From Fimbriosthenelais zetlandica (Eukaryota), in assembly GCA_977030845.1 (NCBI GenBank), contig OZ365109.1, forward strand, positions 13,950,001 to 14,014,000: 64,000 bases of DNA, given 5' to 3'. Every line of letters starts with the position of its first letter. Position 1 is the first letter of the stretch. Shown in pieces: positions 37,101 to 49,228 of the stretch. Under the pieces are notes generated by a model, which searched no databases, was not told the origin of the DNA, and worked only from the letters and a program-made list of their open reading frames with translations. Made by a program: the position numbers and the translations under genes.

Positions 37101-40100
37101 TTCCTACCGATTATCTGTGAGGAAGACTACAAAGAAGATAAGATGTCTTTTACTTGTCAATTCAAATTTTCATGTTGTTACCAGCCTCGCCCGTCTCAAA
37201 TGCAAATTTCCATAATTTGATTTCAGGAAGCCACCAAGACTTTGGCAGACACACAGGCAAACATGTAAGTCGGGTCTGATTTAATTAATTCTTTGATTTA
37301 ATTGCGTCTTCAATAAAGACAGGTTTCTCAATTAGTATCTCATATTGTACTTAAACTGGTCATCTGTCCTTATAATTATTGATAGGCAAATATAATTTAA
37401 AGGAAAGTGCGGATCAGGATTTTCTCGAGGACGTTTCATTTTCCTTCCCTTTCTCTGACAATTTTCTCTGTCTGGATTTGTTATTGTATATTGAAATTAT
37501 AATATGCATAATTGTATGTTGCCTATTTATAGTATGTGATTCTTGATACAAACAATTAAATTACTGGCTTTTGTGAAACCAACATTATTATGCAGACAAA
37601 TTTCAGGATAATTTTAAATTTTAAAAAATTGGATGCTCATTTTAGAAACGACGATGAACAAGGAAATATTCACTGCCTCATCCGAGACCTAGGAACTGTC
37701 AACTTGTGGCTTTCCAATGCAGTGGAACTCCATTATTTCTTCCGGAAGAACGTGCGCGATGTGATGCGCATGCGCCCTGCCACACCTCAGTGCTCTAATC
37801 AGGATAATGAAAGCCTGCCGGAGGAGGAGATGATAGCCAACCTCGAGGACGTTGTAATGTATTGCTTCCAGCAAGCTGTCTACTATTTGACAAAGGTACT
37901 CATATATTTAGTTGAATGACAGTAAGATATAATTAATGCTCAGTATGAGCATGAATCATGGTATTATTCATTCGTACTTGCCTTTTTGTCCCTTATTTCC
38001 TTCCTTCCTTTCTTCCTTCCTTCCTTCCTTCCATCCATCCCCGCTTCCACACTTATCATTCTTTCTTTTATATAATGAATCTTGAAGACCAATGAATTAT
38101 TTCTAACACAAATGAACTAGGTTATGTAGCATTGGAAAATTAATGTATTAATGATTTTCTTCCACAGGCCTTATATGCGGTCCTGCCTGCAGTCCTTGAG
38201 AGCAATCCGTTTGTTAATGATGTTAGCAGTCATACAGACCAATCCAAGCAAACAGTTGACACCCTCATCTCCATTTTACATTCAACTCTGACAACGATGA
38301 TTGAATTAAATCTTCATCCGCACATCATTTCACAACTGTTTTGTTACCTCTTCTTCTTCACAAGTACTTCTCTATTCAACATGTTGATGGGCAAAGGTAA
38401 GACAAAAGTGGTCCCTTTCAGAGCAAAGATTTCCCATAGATTTAGCATTGCTAATGGTTGTTCTGAAACAAGCCCCATATCTATCTACACGGGTGTTTTA
38501 TAAAAAAAAAAAAAAAAAAAGACCAGACAGTGTGCTGAGAAGTTTATTTTAGAGTAAACACTGTAATGTGATGAAATCATACTTTAATCTGTTTTTTTTA
38601 TGTTCAGAATTAAAATAGTGACAATTATTTACTTGCAGATGCTGGGAAAAAATACTATCGCTGGTCGAAGGGAGCTCAGCTGAGAGGGAACCTGGATGCT
38701 ATAGAGGCCTGGGCCGGTGCTTCCGGCCTGACACATGAAGCACAGATATACCTAAACAAGATTAACACCCTGGCTAATCTTCTTGCAACGCCGAAAATCC
38801 AGCTACTTTCTGTGAGTAATTCTATTTCTGTGACAAATTTCCATATCAGATTTGGTATTCGATAACCGCAATACATTATGATATCATTTAGATCAGTTTT
38901 AAAATGATATTTTACGTTATTTTTTCAGGCTAGTTGGTATGCATTACAGCGTGACTATCCCAGCTTGAAGAACGAACAGTTGTTGAAGATTCTCTCAGAG
39001 TATGATGTTGGACATGGAAAGGAACAGCCTGAATTATGGGTACCTCCTGAGGGTGCTATAGACCCTAGTACATGGAGCAGTCGATTACTGGAGAGTTTCA
39101 ACAATTATCCTCCACTCAAACTGCCCAAATCAGGCTTTACCATGCGTCTAAATGCAGAAGTGCATGATGAATTACTTGCTGATATAGCTCACCACCTTTC
39201 CTTAGAGTTTGGCGCTGTTGACGGTTGGTGTTTCTTTGGAGAATTGTTCTTTTATTCTCAGTTTACATAACTGTTTTAATTAACAGTTCACTTTAATATC
39301 AATATAATGTATTTGTTTATTTTGTTTCAGATGATCGAGACAGTGGACTGAGTGTGAGCCAAACCATTCCAGTCTTTACAGACGTTTCACCACCCCAAGA
39401 CTTCATGGATGTTCAAACTGAATCCAAGGAATCCAGTCTCCCCGACCGTTTAGCCTGCCATACTGGATCGTCATCTTCCAACACAGACTTACCATGTCCC
39501 ATTCCCCCCAAGAGAAAAAGTCGGGAGGAGAGAAGGAGGTCCCCTCTCCCTGTTCACATACCGGAAATGGCTGAAACGTCTTCCTGTGACACAGCTACCA
39601 TTGAAAGCCCTCCTGGGGACAAATCCAACGAACTCGATCTAGGAGACAGTGGTATAAGTTTATCTTTCCGACAGAAGGACTATAATTATGACGCTAATGT
39701 AATCTATGGACCTGATGATGAAGAATTCAGTCTGAATCTAAACCCTGAAAAACACACTGACAATTGTAATGCTAGTCAGGCAATACCAAACAAAAGCAAA
39801 GCAATTTCATATGAGAGCACACGATCTCGATCTTGGTCATATGATAGGCGACTCGACCCAAGTGGAGCTTTGGTCAAAGTCTCTCATCACAGACACTCTT
39901 CAGAGAAACATTCAAAACCACATCAGCAACGACCACAGTTGACAATCAAGAACAGTGACTGGACATGTACTGGACCTTTAGCCATGTCTTCCCCAGTCAC
40001 TTCTGATGCTAGCAACCCTCACTGTCCCTCTCCCATACAAGTGGCTGTAGGCAGTATTCCACCCCAGCCTTCAATACCCGCTCCTACCTTAGATCGGTCA

Positions 40101-43100
40101 TCTTTGAAGAAAGACAAAAATAACCATGACGTAGTACATGATAGGAGCGCTACGACATTGACTCCTATTGAAGTCGTCGTCAACAATCTCACCGATGAAT
40201 CTAAAGTTGTGGAAATCAAGCGTCTCATGCCCCACTCACCAGATGGCGTGGTGAATGGTCTCCGAGTCCTGCCCTTGTCAGATCTGGAGGAAGAGGTTTT
40301 AGCATCTGTTGAAGGTAATTATTTATTCAATCATTTGATTTCAGTATAAATAATGCAATATTGAAGGCTTTATTTATATGCTGCCAAATCTGGTCGAGTG
40401 CTCAAGGCAAGAATGACAGCTAGAGTGAATGTAATATTGTTACTTGTCAAAACCTTGAGGAGGTCAGGTCCATGTCGTCAGGCTCATGTGGTTTAACTAT
40501 GTAGTTTTTAAAGAATCTGAATTTTGAAGGAATTTAAAGCAATATCCTATGCTCATTTCCAATTTCAAGGAAAAAGGGGGTACTTTTTTCCGATTGTCCC
40601 TGAAAATGTAAAAGGGTTATGTCAACATTACCCAGAAAAACTATAGCTATAGGCTACCCTTGGAGGTATGTGTAGGCCTACGTATACATGTACAGAAGGT
40701 TTTTATAAAGTCGGTCTAAACAAAAATACATGAATTCACATACATAAAAAAAGGGATACTTTTGAATGACAGGTGAAATCTCATTGTTTTCTAAGAAGTA
40801 GGATCCTTTTATGTAGGAAGAATAGGTAGGCCTACCACTGGATCTGTGACCTTGGTGCCACTTGCAGCTTCACAATGCTGGGAGTATCTTTGTAAAAAGG
40901 AGAGAGCAAATTTCCATAATGCCAATTTTTTGGGGACAATGTTATTTAACATCCTGTCATGTGAAAGGAGGTGATATCCATGTAGACTTATAGTAAGATG
41001 AGAAATATCTCAATGCGAGCGGAAGTCAGAACAGGTCCTCCAAATGGCTTGATTGACATTTCTATACTCAAGAGACTGAAAAACAAGGCCGGTATAATGT
41101 ATTTCACCTACCGTAAATGTAAGGTGTTAAATGAGTCTAGAAGTCGCAAAAATGGATTTTGTTGGTTAAACCGGGAATACACTAATCCGATTCTCCAATC
41201 CGTCGCCATCCGATACCCTATTTCTAATGACATCTAGAGATTGAAATTTTGTCAGTGGTTAGCCCTACCTAGGTATAAAGGATGTTCCAAATTACAAACA
41301 TTTAGTGTGAATAGAAATATAGTTTTGGAGAGCTATCGGATGGCGCCGGATAGAGAATCGGATTAGTGTATTCCTGGCTTTAGTTTCGTATAGAACTGAT
41401 CACGAGTGTTCCAATAATGTAGAGCACGTGGAGATATGGACAATATTTATATTTTTAATAATATTTCAAAAAATAAAATTAGTGACAGCGGTAACTAGAC
41501 AAAAGACCTATTTCAGATAATTTCCTATCTTACTGGAAAAAATCTTGAAGGGACAAGACGCACAAAGTTTAACTTTTATCAATTCCACTGAGGAAAATTG
41601 TAAAAACTGTTATAATTCTTGCGAAAATGCTAAGAGAAATAAGTGGCTTATGTACAACGCTTTCAAGCCTGTAGCGTCGAATGGGCCTGTACGATGTAGA
41701 ACCATTTAGTTAAAACGCATCACAAATTGTCTCTGGACTCGACCTTTCTCAGGTAAAAACGAGAGTCCCGCTATACATTGTATTTACCTTAATTATAATT
41801 GGTATTTACAAATCCTCGCAAAGTGCATTGACAACGTCTTTCTCGAATAATTATTTTGAACCAAGTACCGTCATCAAATAGCAAATCATCAATAGGCCTA
41901 TATAGTCACCTCGACTAATGCCGTTTTAATGTTCATTGTACCAGCTCCTAACAACTTTCTCACACCTTGTAGATTCATTAGGGCCTAATTATTGTCCAAA
42001 AGATAAAAATAATTTATAATAATTTTTCTTTGCAGCCTTCATTGAACAATAATTGAAAAGGTTCTTCAGCTTAACACTTTTAATTGTCATCCGATGGCCT
42101 TGAAGAGAATACAAAATTTAATTAATGATTCCTTTTTCAGTATGAAGTTTGGAGGTTGTATTTCCAATATTGCCAGTAGACTTTCTTACTGTTGCATTTC
42201 AGCAAGAAAATAGCATACGTGAATCATATTATGTCAGTAGGATATCTAAGGGAATACCTTCTAAAGTCCAATTAATGAATGGATTTGGGTGGCACCCGGA
42301 AAATTGTATTAGCAAATTCGTTCTGCTTCATGGCAAAGCAATTTCACCTTATTGTCTCCCGTAGATTGCCCCGTTGAGACGGACCTTTTAAGAACTATTG
42401 AGGGCGATAAAGGGGGACGTCAGCAAGAGGAGGATGATGGACTTCCTGTTGAGGAGGAACAGGAAGACGTCGTTATTGTGAACTTGATGAAGGGGGACAG
42501 AGGCCTGGGCCTTGGTCTGATTGATGGACTGGTAAGTAAATTTAGATCACTCTGCCCTCTCCTAGTTCATCCTTAATTAGCTTTAGTACATAATGATAGA
42601 TTCACCTTTGTAACTGGTCATTTTAATGAGGAATTATAACCCCCAACTTTTAAAGATTGGAAACAGTTTCATGTCGTAACTCCCTTGAGGAAAGTGAAAT
42701 TTACTGAACTGCCATGTTTTTTTAAACACTTCTATTTTCCATTGCTTTTCAATTGCATTGCGGGATATGGGAGAGTATCCATGGACTCTTGTTGTAATCC
42801 CAGTAGATACACACTTGCCATTATAATTTATTTGTAATTTCTCGCATGATTAGATACTTGATTAATTTTGCTTTCTCCTTTATAGTTTACACCCTTAAGA
42901 CGCCCCGGTATCTATGTCCGCACGTTGGTTCCGGGGGAACCTGCTGAACAAGATGGCCGCCTGCAAATAGGTGACCGGATCCTAGCAGTTAATGGTAAAA
43001 GCCTGGTTGGATCAGATTATCAAAGGTCAGTAGCTACTTTGCCCTGAAATCGTTATCTTTATAATCCTGGACCCCAGCAGTAATTTATAAAGATGTCAAG

Positions 43101-43351
43101 AATTACTAGCTACGTGCCTGGCCAATGTCCTTCTCTGACCCTGCTCTGCCAATAATTTAATCATACTCAGAGATGGTGCTTAGCCTTGACTTAATATTAG
43201 ACCCATTCACATGATTCTGCTTTACATCTTGCACATTTCTCTTCATTTCAGTGCCATGAAGACGATCAGAGAGAGTGGTACCTATCTTCGATTCTTGGTG
43301 GCAAAAGGCAATCGTAGCATTAGCATTCAGATAACGGCCTCTTCATGCTGA
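28127..43351 (+). CDS. RADIL: Ras-associating and dilute domain-containing protein (RADIL-like), 12 coding exons, 1772 aa: RA1, RA2, FHA, DIL, C-terminal PDZ
   Basis: Exons: 28127-28996, 29538-29742, 35131-36998, 37227-37264, 37646-37895, 38168-38396, 38639-38811, 38929-39223, 39331-40314, 42365-42531, 42886-43025, 43252-43351. All introns GT-AG, phases match, total 5319 nt. Motifs: ELSTEESAPGVLKIFGDSLIPGAEYKSILATPTSTAKELVKEALERYG (RADIL RA); FHA region HPYLLSL...ILAEHCWI; DIL SQLFCYLFFFTSTSLFNMLM...WSKGAQLRGNLD; PDZ GLGLGLIDGL|FTPLRRPGIYVRTL...DGRLQIGDRILAVNG at the very C-terminus, as in RADIL. The first two exons are less certain than the rest. Confidence 0.88.
29909..30051. mobile_element. 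Tandem dimer of mini-MITE family D
   Basis: Two near-identical 70-bp units joined through a shared CTG. Confidence 0.8.
37998..38042. repeat. (CTTC)n microsatellite
   Basis: Direct reading of the sequence. Confidence 0.9.
41122..41724 (+). mobile_element. MITE family C (longer copy hosting family B)
   Basis: AAATGAGTCTAGAAGTCGCAAAAATGGATTTTG ... GCGAAAATGCTAAGAGAAATAAGTGGC ... CATTTAGTTAAAACGCATCACA. Confidence 0.7.
41166..41382. mobile_element. MITE family B nested in a family C MITE
   Basis: Same TIRs, TTA on both sides, interrupts the family C sequence. Confidence 0.8.
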
Positions 43352-43549
43352 TAATCGAGAGAGGAAAATCATTTTTCATTGTTGATGAACGACCCCGTCG
43401 GAAGTACATAATTCTCACTATACATCATTCGGTATAGGATCGTGTTTATTGCATATTAGATATGCACACTGCCTGTTGTTATTGGGACGCCAAGTCAGTA
43501 TACTGTATTTGGAATCATGAAGTCTGTTTGAAATTTGAACTTTTGATAT

Positions 43550-43555
43550 AATAAA
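43550..43555 (+). terminator. Poly(A) signal for the RADIL-like gene
   Basis: AATAAA about 200 nt after the stop codon, with a second AATAAA about 20 nt further on. Confidence 0.45.
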
Positions 43556-44972
43556 GAGCATCGCTCAAGAATAAACATCCATTTTTTCTTTCATTTGTTT
43601 ATTATGGAAAGATAAATGTAACCATAACTCCAATTTGGGAACCATAATCGATCCCCGAAACCGGCATACCAAAATTGGATGGCCATAGAATTGCTATAGA
43701 GAATACTGGAAGCATGTCAAATGTTGGGATTCAGGAGTTGGCAAAGAAGTTACAAAGCACTGTTGGCAGCCCCATGCAAGTGCACATGCAAGCTTGGCGG
43801 TTACTGCATTATCTTTTATTGTAACAATTAATTGAAAAAAAAATATGTAGCAATGTCACTATTGAGTATGTCAATATGGTTCATAATTACCAGAAGTTGA
43901 CTTATCTATGCTATTTTTTCACAGAAGTGTCTATGATAAGTGTAATTGTCGTCTTCATCGTTCCGCATTGTCATAGCCAGACTGGCTACCGGCGGACAAA
44001 TGTAAACATGAACTTTGAAACTCTAACCAGCCAACCGATACTGGTAAACCCGAATGGGAAAAGGGACCCCACCCCACCCCCTCAAAAAAGGGAAAAATCG
44101 TAATTGGGAAAGGTGACTAGGAAATATTTTCCAATTTCGGCAGAAATATTTTCCCGTTCTGTCAGCGGTCAGTTTTGGTTACATTTGCCTTTCCATCAAA
44201 GTTTGCGCGTTCGTTTCAGACTTTAGGTTATTAGAACTAGACTATGTTATTAAAATTAATTTGTAGGCAGATTACATTTTATTCGCCAAATGTGAATTAT
44301 AATGAAAAATCATGATGATCATGGGCGAGCCACTAGTTGGTATTTCAATATATACCGGTATTAGATGTTGCTCCATGTAAGCAAGGGTCGATGGCCGATG
44401 TGTTACAACACGGCTTTCCCAGTCTAATAAACAATGTTCTCACATCATTGTGTGAAATCGATCTTTATTTCCTTCTGTCCCGGGCCATGGGAAAATTGAG
44501 AAATGTTAAAAAAGAGATGATATTGTTTATAACACATTTTATTCAATACTGCACGGAAGGTCTGTGTAAAGCCATTTAAAATGGAATCATTCAACACACT
44601 CAAAAGGATATTACATTTGCCGAAGCAATCTTGGCCATGTGCCATACATAGAAACGTCAATACATGTATACAAGTAAAGGTTCATAGGTCATTGGCCATA
44701 GCGACAGACTCACTGTGGTGAAAATATGACAATTGTATCATTTTCAAACATATCTGGGGCCTGTTTCAAAACAACCATTAGCAATGGGTTTTTTTTGCGT
44801 TGAAACGGGCCGAGACACCCATATCAGACATATCGATACATTTTCCATATATTTCATTTAACTCTAAATATTACAAGGACACAGTTTAACTCAATATTCT
44901 TCAGTCTGAGTAGCAAGGATTTTAATTTATGCAAGTAATTTCGGATCTGTATAGGGTATATAAATGTATTGG

Positions 44973-46257
44973 CTATGCTCGGCGTAATCCAGTTTGCATT
45001 TTTCCACGAAGTTCTGCCTGGAGATGTAACCGTTGCATTTCATCCATAGGGCCCCCTATATCTGGATAGCCAGTTTCTTCTAAGCTCTCGTCGGGATACC
45101 TATGCAGGGAATCTTTCTGCAATACATGGATGAAAATTAATATTACCCAACCATAGTTTCTAAAAAAAAAAAAAAAAAAGATATTTATCTTTAGCTTTTT
45201 CAAGAGGTAGCAATACATTATGGTAATCGCACTCACTAATTTCTTGTCCAGATTGGCGATTTGACTTTGGACATCCATCTTCCAATTCTAAAAATGAAAA
45301 GTCATTTCACAAGCTATCAACTGATGATGTTTTAATGAAAGAAAATGAATGAAAAGAGTTTATTGTGGACAGACGCTATAAACAATTATTAGTAAATCTA
45401 CATTGGTTCATCTTCCCATATGCCAATTATATTTAGATTAATGCAAGATACATAAATTATGCTTTATACAAAGGAATGCTCGAATACAGAGAATCTACTC
45501 AGCCTATAGGAGGAATAATAAAACCTATCGTCAAAGCATTAACAGAGTAGGCCTTTCTCCTTCACGGAATGAGCTTGTTTCAAAGATCCATCTATCACTC
45601 TTGACAGGTTCATTTTCCATACAAGCCCATGGTTTTAGATATATTAGACACCTTTTTCCATTATTCTCACAAGTCGCATGCAATTTTCTTCTCTAATACC
45701 TTTTAATTTGGATATGACAGTTTTTCAAGATATAACGGTCGTTGATTCAATTGAAGAATTATCAAATCATTCTTTAACAATTTCGCGTCGGCAGGAGGAG
45801 GAAATTCTATATGGATTCTTTGAACCTTCATGAAAGACATGTTTACATAGACGGGAGCAATATTGCCTTTACAACCGTCCTTGAAAATACATTATCAGTC
45901 TGCCTAACACGAAGTTTGTAGCCATTAAAATGTACGCATCGAACTGTCTGGAGAGTTGTCTATGACTAGTATAATGGGTTCATGTATTTAGCATGATATA
46001 AAACATTTCGCAGTACATTTTCAGTTTGGTATACTCTGCCTAGATCATTATGTATTATGTTTCAGTGGATTTAAAATCTAAAAATAAAATAATCCAAAGC
46101 TAGCTGCTGTAGAAGTACTTACAATGTACATTTCCCTCTTTTCAATATTCCATTCTGACGGGAGAGTCCACTGCTCGGGCAAATTAGAAGCTTTGATGAG
46201 GTTCAGGCTCGGGAGTGCTGCGGAAGACGTTGAGGCAGCATCGTCATTATGGGCCAT
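44973..46257 (-). CDS. Small uncharacterised spliced protein, 3 coding exons, 109 aa
   Basis: Exons 46257-46123 (MAHNDDAASTSSAALPSLNLIKASNLPEQWTLPSEWNIEKREMYI, donor GTAAGT), 45287-45237 (NWKMDVQSQIANLDKKL, acceptor TTTTCATTTTTAG, donor GTGAGT) and 45116-44973 (KDSLHRYPDESLEETGYPDIGGPMDEMQRLHLQAELRGKMQTGLRRA*). All junctions are phase 0. ATTAAA at 44926-44921 downstream. Confidence 0.6.
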
Positions 46258-46277
46258 ATTGTGTTAATTATTTAGCT

Positions 46278-46590
46278 CTATGTGGGTCAATTATTTCTTA
46301 CTCTTTATACATGCAGCACCGCCGATCCACAAGTACCAAGCATGGAGGTGTGACTTATCAGAGCAGTATAAGCAGTTATGGTATCCTTTTTCTAATGTGA
46401 TCCAAGTACATTTGTGTGTAACTTGTAACTATATCGACTCCTTCTCTTCGTTCCAGGTGGTTTGTTAGGATTTACTCACAGCAGGCCTATTGAAATTTGG
46501 ATCCCTTTTTCTGCCATTGAGCAAATAGCAACAGCCTGCCAAAGTGTATTGGAGATTATAACAGGTTACAAAGGGCTTATTAGTGACTGA
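46278..46590 (-). promoter_or_regulatory. Putative Inr, non-coding exon 1 and 5'UTR intron of the small gene
   Basis: TCAGTC at 46590-46585, donor GCT|GTGAGT at 46479, and branch-like TTGAC plus CATAG acceptor at 46278, 20 nt before the ATG. Confidence 0.4.
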
Positions 46591-47086
46591 GCTGAGCCGT
46601 GGTAAATCCTATTTCTTTCTGTAGATTTTTTTTATCCATTCTCAATAGGAACCTTACTTGACGATACTTATATGCACTCAATTCATATGATGGCTGGTAA
46701 TTAATATATTTTAATTAGCAAATTTTAGATCATTGCTGAATGTGAAATACTTTAACAATACTTCATTACAGTATTCCAAGCTCTTCCACGGCATAAATAA
46801 GAAGTGAATTAGCAAGTATTAGTTTTAGAATTTAACTTCTGAAGGTCTGCACTTGCAAGTCTGGCTTTGCGAATATTAATCCCATGCCGAGTTTGAATTC
46901 AATTTCGACAACAAATAAAATATTTTTTATGTAGATTGAGAACTGGGACTATGCATCACATCAGGCGGTTGGGGTGATGTGTCAAAAGGAAAATTAGCAA
47001 TACGAAGTCTATGATTAATAGTCCTTTTGAAACAGACAGCTCTGACAGTGTACCGTAATCTCCAGATTGGTTTCTATTATTGGCTA

Positions 47087-47347
47087 AAATGTGAGTCTAA
47101 AGTCGCACAGGCACATCCGGCGCTACAGGCCTGAAAGCCTTGTCCACAAGCTATTTATTTCTCTTAGTATTTTCGCATTAAAAGCAAGTATACAATGTTT
47201 CTACTATTTTGTGAGTGAAACTGAGAAAAGTTAAAAAAATTACATGTGCTATATATCATTATAACGCTCTTTATCTTTATCTTTATCTTTTATCCGCAAC
47301 TCAAAATTCATTATTGCGACTTTAGACTTATTTAGTGAAACACGTCG
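47087..47347 (-). mobile_element. MITE family C, reverse orientation
   Basis: Reverse complement matches the 21430 and 23884 copies (GCGACTTTAGACTTATTTAGTGAAAACACGTC). Confidence 0.75.
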
Positions 47348-47503
47348 TTTCATAAGAAACCTCTCAACATCCCAGTACTTCCTTCCTGAAAATGTGACAA
47401 GCGAAAAGAAACTATTATATATTACAACAACAATAATGAATTAATATATAGGTGAAATTGATATTTTATTTTCGGGGGAAATCAAAGTAACACCATATTG
47501 ATA

Positions 47504-49144
47504 TTATGTATTGAAGTAGGCATGCAACACTATGCCATGAGTTGTACTTGTGAGAAATAGAAATGTCAGGGAAGGTCCAATCCAGATAGTCAGATGTGGG
47601 TATTTCCTCTTTGCCAATATCCAGACACGAGTAAGCCACAGGAGCAACCTGTAATTCACATAAATCAGAGACAGAATAATAAGCAAGGCAACAGCTACAA
47701 CATCAAACATAAGGAGCACAGCAATAGATTGTCTGGCAGAGGAGGGCCTCAAGTGTTTCCCACCATGATTCATGACGTGTTCTACCCAGAACAAAACAGT
47801 TTCCTCGCCGGCAGGCACCGACTGCAGAACGTGCTTGCAGAGCACAGCCGAAGATCGGTACGAAGTGTCATGAAGCGCTCTAGAAATGGCTTCCCTCAGG
47901 CTTTGGCTGTTGATGTTATCTTTGTCTAGCGTAAGGCCCCAGCCGTGTTCTGCAGCCCTTCTGGCATTATAACTTTGATCCGAGAGAAAAGGTATACTAA
48001 TTACAGGGACGCCATGATACACTGCCTCGTTGACAGAAATGGCACCTCCATGGTTTATCAGCAGTTTGGTGTTTTTGTGGGCAAGCAAATCCTCCTGTGG
48101 TAACCAGTCCATTATGAAGACATTGGGAGGTATTGAACTGTCATTTAATCGATCTCTGTGATCATATTTTAACACAAACCTTTGAGGCAGATCAGCGAAG
48201 GTCTTTAAGAACGTTGTGAGTACTTCCTTGGGGAGGATGCCTTTGGATGTGAAACAAGAATAAGTGACGAGTACAATTCCGTTTGGTGCTGTATTGACGA
48301 AGACATCCAGTTCTTTTTGTATAAGGTTCCCATAAAATGGGCGGGGAATATTGATTTCAATGTAATGCGGAGCCTTGTTGCGTGGATAATCAAGGCATGT
48401 CGATTCAGATATAATGAACCACAGGGCCGCCTCACTAACTAAACTGTCTATGTCCTCTCCAGTTCTTGGGCAATATTTGTTGAAGAGAATCGACTCTTTT
48501 TCCCTCTGATAAGGGAAATAGAAATAGGAAGCGAGGGACACCACAGTATTCAGAAACCTTTGATGAAATGTCATAGAACTGGAATAGCCAGTCAGTTGGT
48601 GGGGCTCTACTGAAGGCAAGGATGGCACCCCAGCAGTCCATGGACTGTGCTGGATTGACAGTGTAAAGAATGGTATGCCTAAATAGCAGGGTAAAATATG
48701 TATACATCTGTAAATATGGGTGCCATCCAAAATGGCAAAGTCAAAGTCAATTTCAGATAGTGCTAGCATGGTCTTTGTACTTTCCAATATAATTCTGCAG
48801 TGATCCACAGATACACGACTGAGCTTATGGTGAAATGCATGGTACGATTCCCGTTCCTGGCCTGCACAGCTCAAGTTAGATACAGGACCATGGGTTAATG
48901 GTAGATCGATATGAATTAAGTTGAGAGAACCGCTTGTTTCATCATAAGGAGGTAAGGGTATGCTTGTAAGCATCCATATTTGATGACCCTTTTTTAGGAA
49001 ATGGCTCCCAGTCAATGCCATCATCTTCACATGGGAGGCGGTGTTGTAAGGCAGCATCAGAATCCTCCAACTCTGCACAATTTCCACACAAAGCAATACG
49101 TAAAATACGTAAGAAAGAAAAACTGATACTGGCATGAAGTTCAT
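47504..49144 (-). CDS. UDP-glucuronosyltransferase (GT1 family, animal membrane-bound type), 546 aa, intronless CDS
   Basis: Signal peptide; NTASH (catalytic His); DFDFAILD (catalytic Asp region); UGT signature WLPQEDLLAHKNTKLLINHGGAISVNEAVYHGVPVISIPFLSDQ; FWVEHVMNHGGKHLR; C-terminal TM helix. AATAAA at 47470-47465. Confidence 0.96.
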   Translation of the reverse strand: MNFMPVSVFLSYVFYVLLCVEIVQSWRILMLPYNTASHVKMMALTGSHFLKKGHQIWMLTSIPLPPYDETSGSLNLIHIDLPLTHGPVSNLSCAGQERESYHAFHHKLSRVSVDHCRIILESTKTMLALSEIDFDFAILDGTHIYRCIHILPCYLGIPFFTLSIQHSPWTAGVPSLPSVEPHQLTGYSSSMTFHQRFLNTVVSLASYFYFPYQREKESILFNKYCPRTGEDIDSLVSEAALWFIISESTCLDYPRNKAPHYIEINIPRPFYGNLIQKELDVFVNTAPNGIVLVTYSCFTSKGILPKEVLTTFLKTFADLPQRFVLKYDHRDRLNDSSIPPNVFIMDWLPQEDLLAHKNTKLLINHGGAISVNEAVYHGVPVISIPFLSDQSYNARRAAEHGWGLTLDKDNINSQSLREAISRALHDTSYRSSAVLCKHVLQSVPAGEETVLFWVEHVMNHGGKHLRPSSARQSIAVLLMFDVVAVALLIILSLIYVNYRLLLWLTRVWILAKRKYPHLTIWIGPSLTFLFLTSTTHGIVLHAYFNT

Positions 49145-49228
49145 TTTCCTTCAGTGTATCGTATTGAAATCAGATGTCTCTGCTTACATTGCTTCAGCAC
49201 AACAGTTGCCTTGATTTCCATTCTTTTT

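Noticed and set aside
28127-43351. Calling the gene afadin/canoe
   Set aside because: The PDZ is terminal with no proline-rich or F-actin-binding tail, and the RA2 flank (ELSTEESAPGVLKIFG) matches RADIL.
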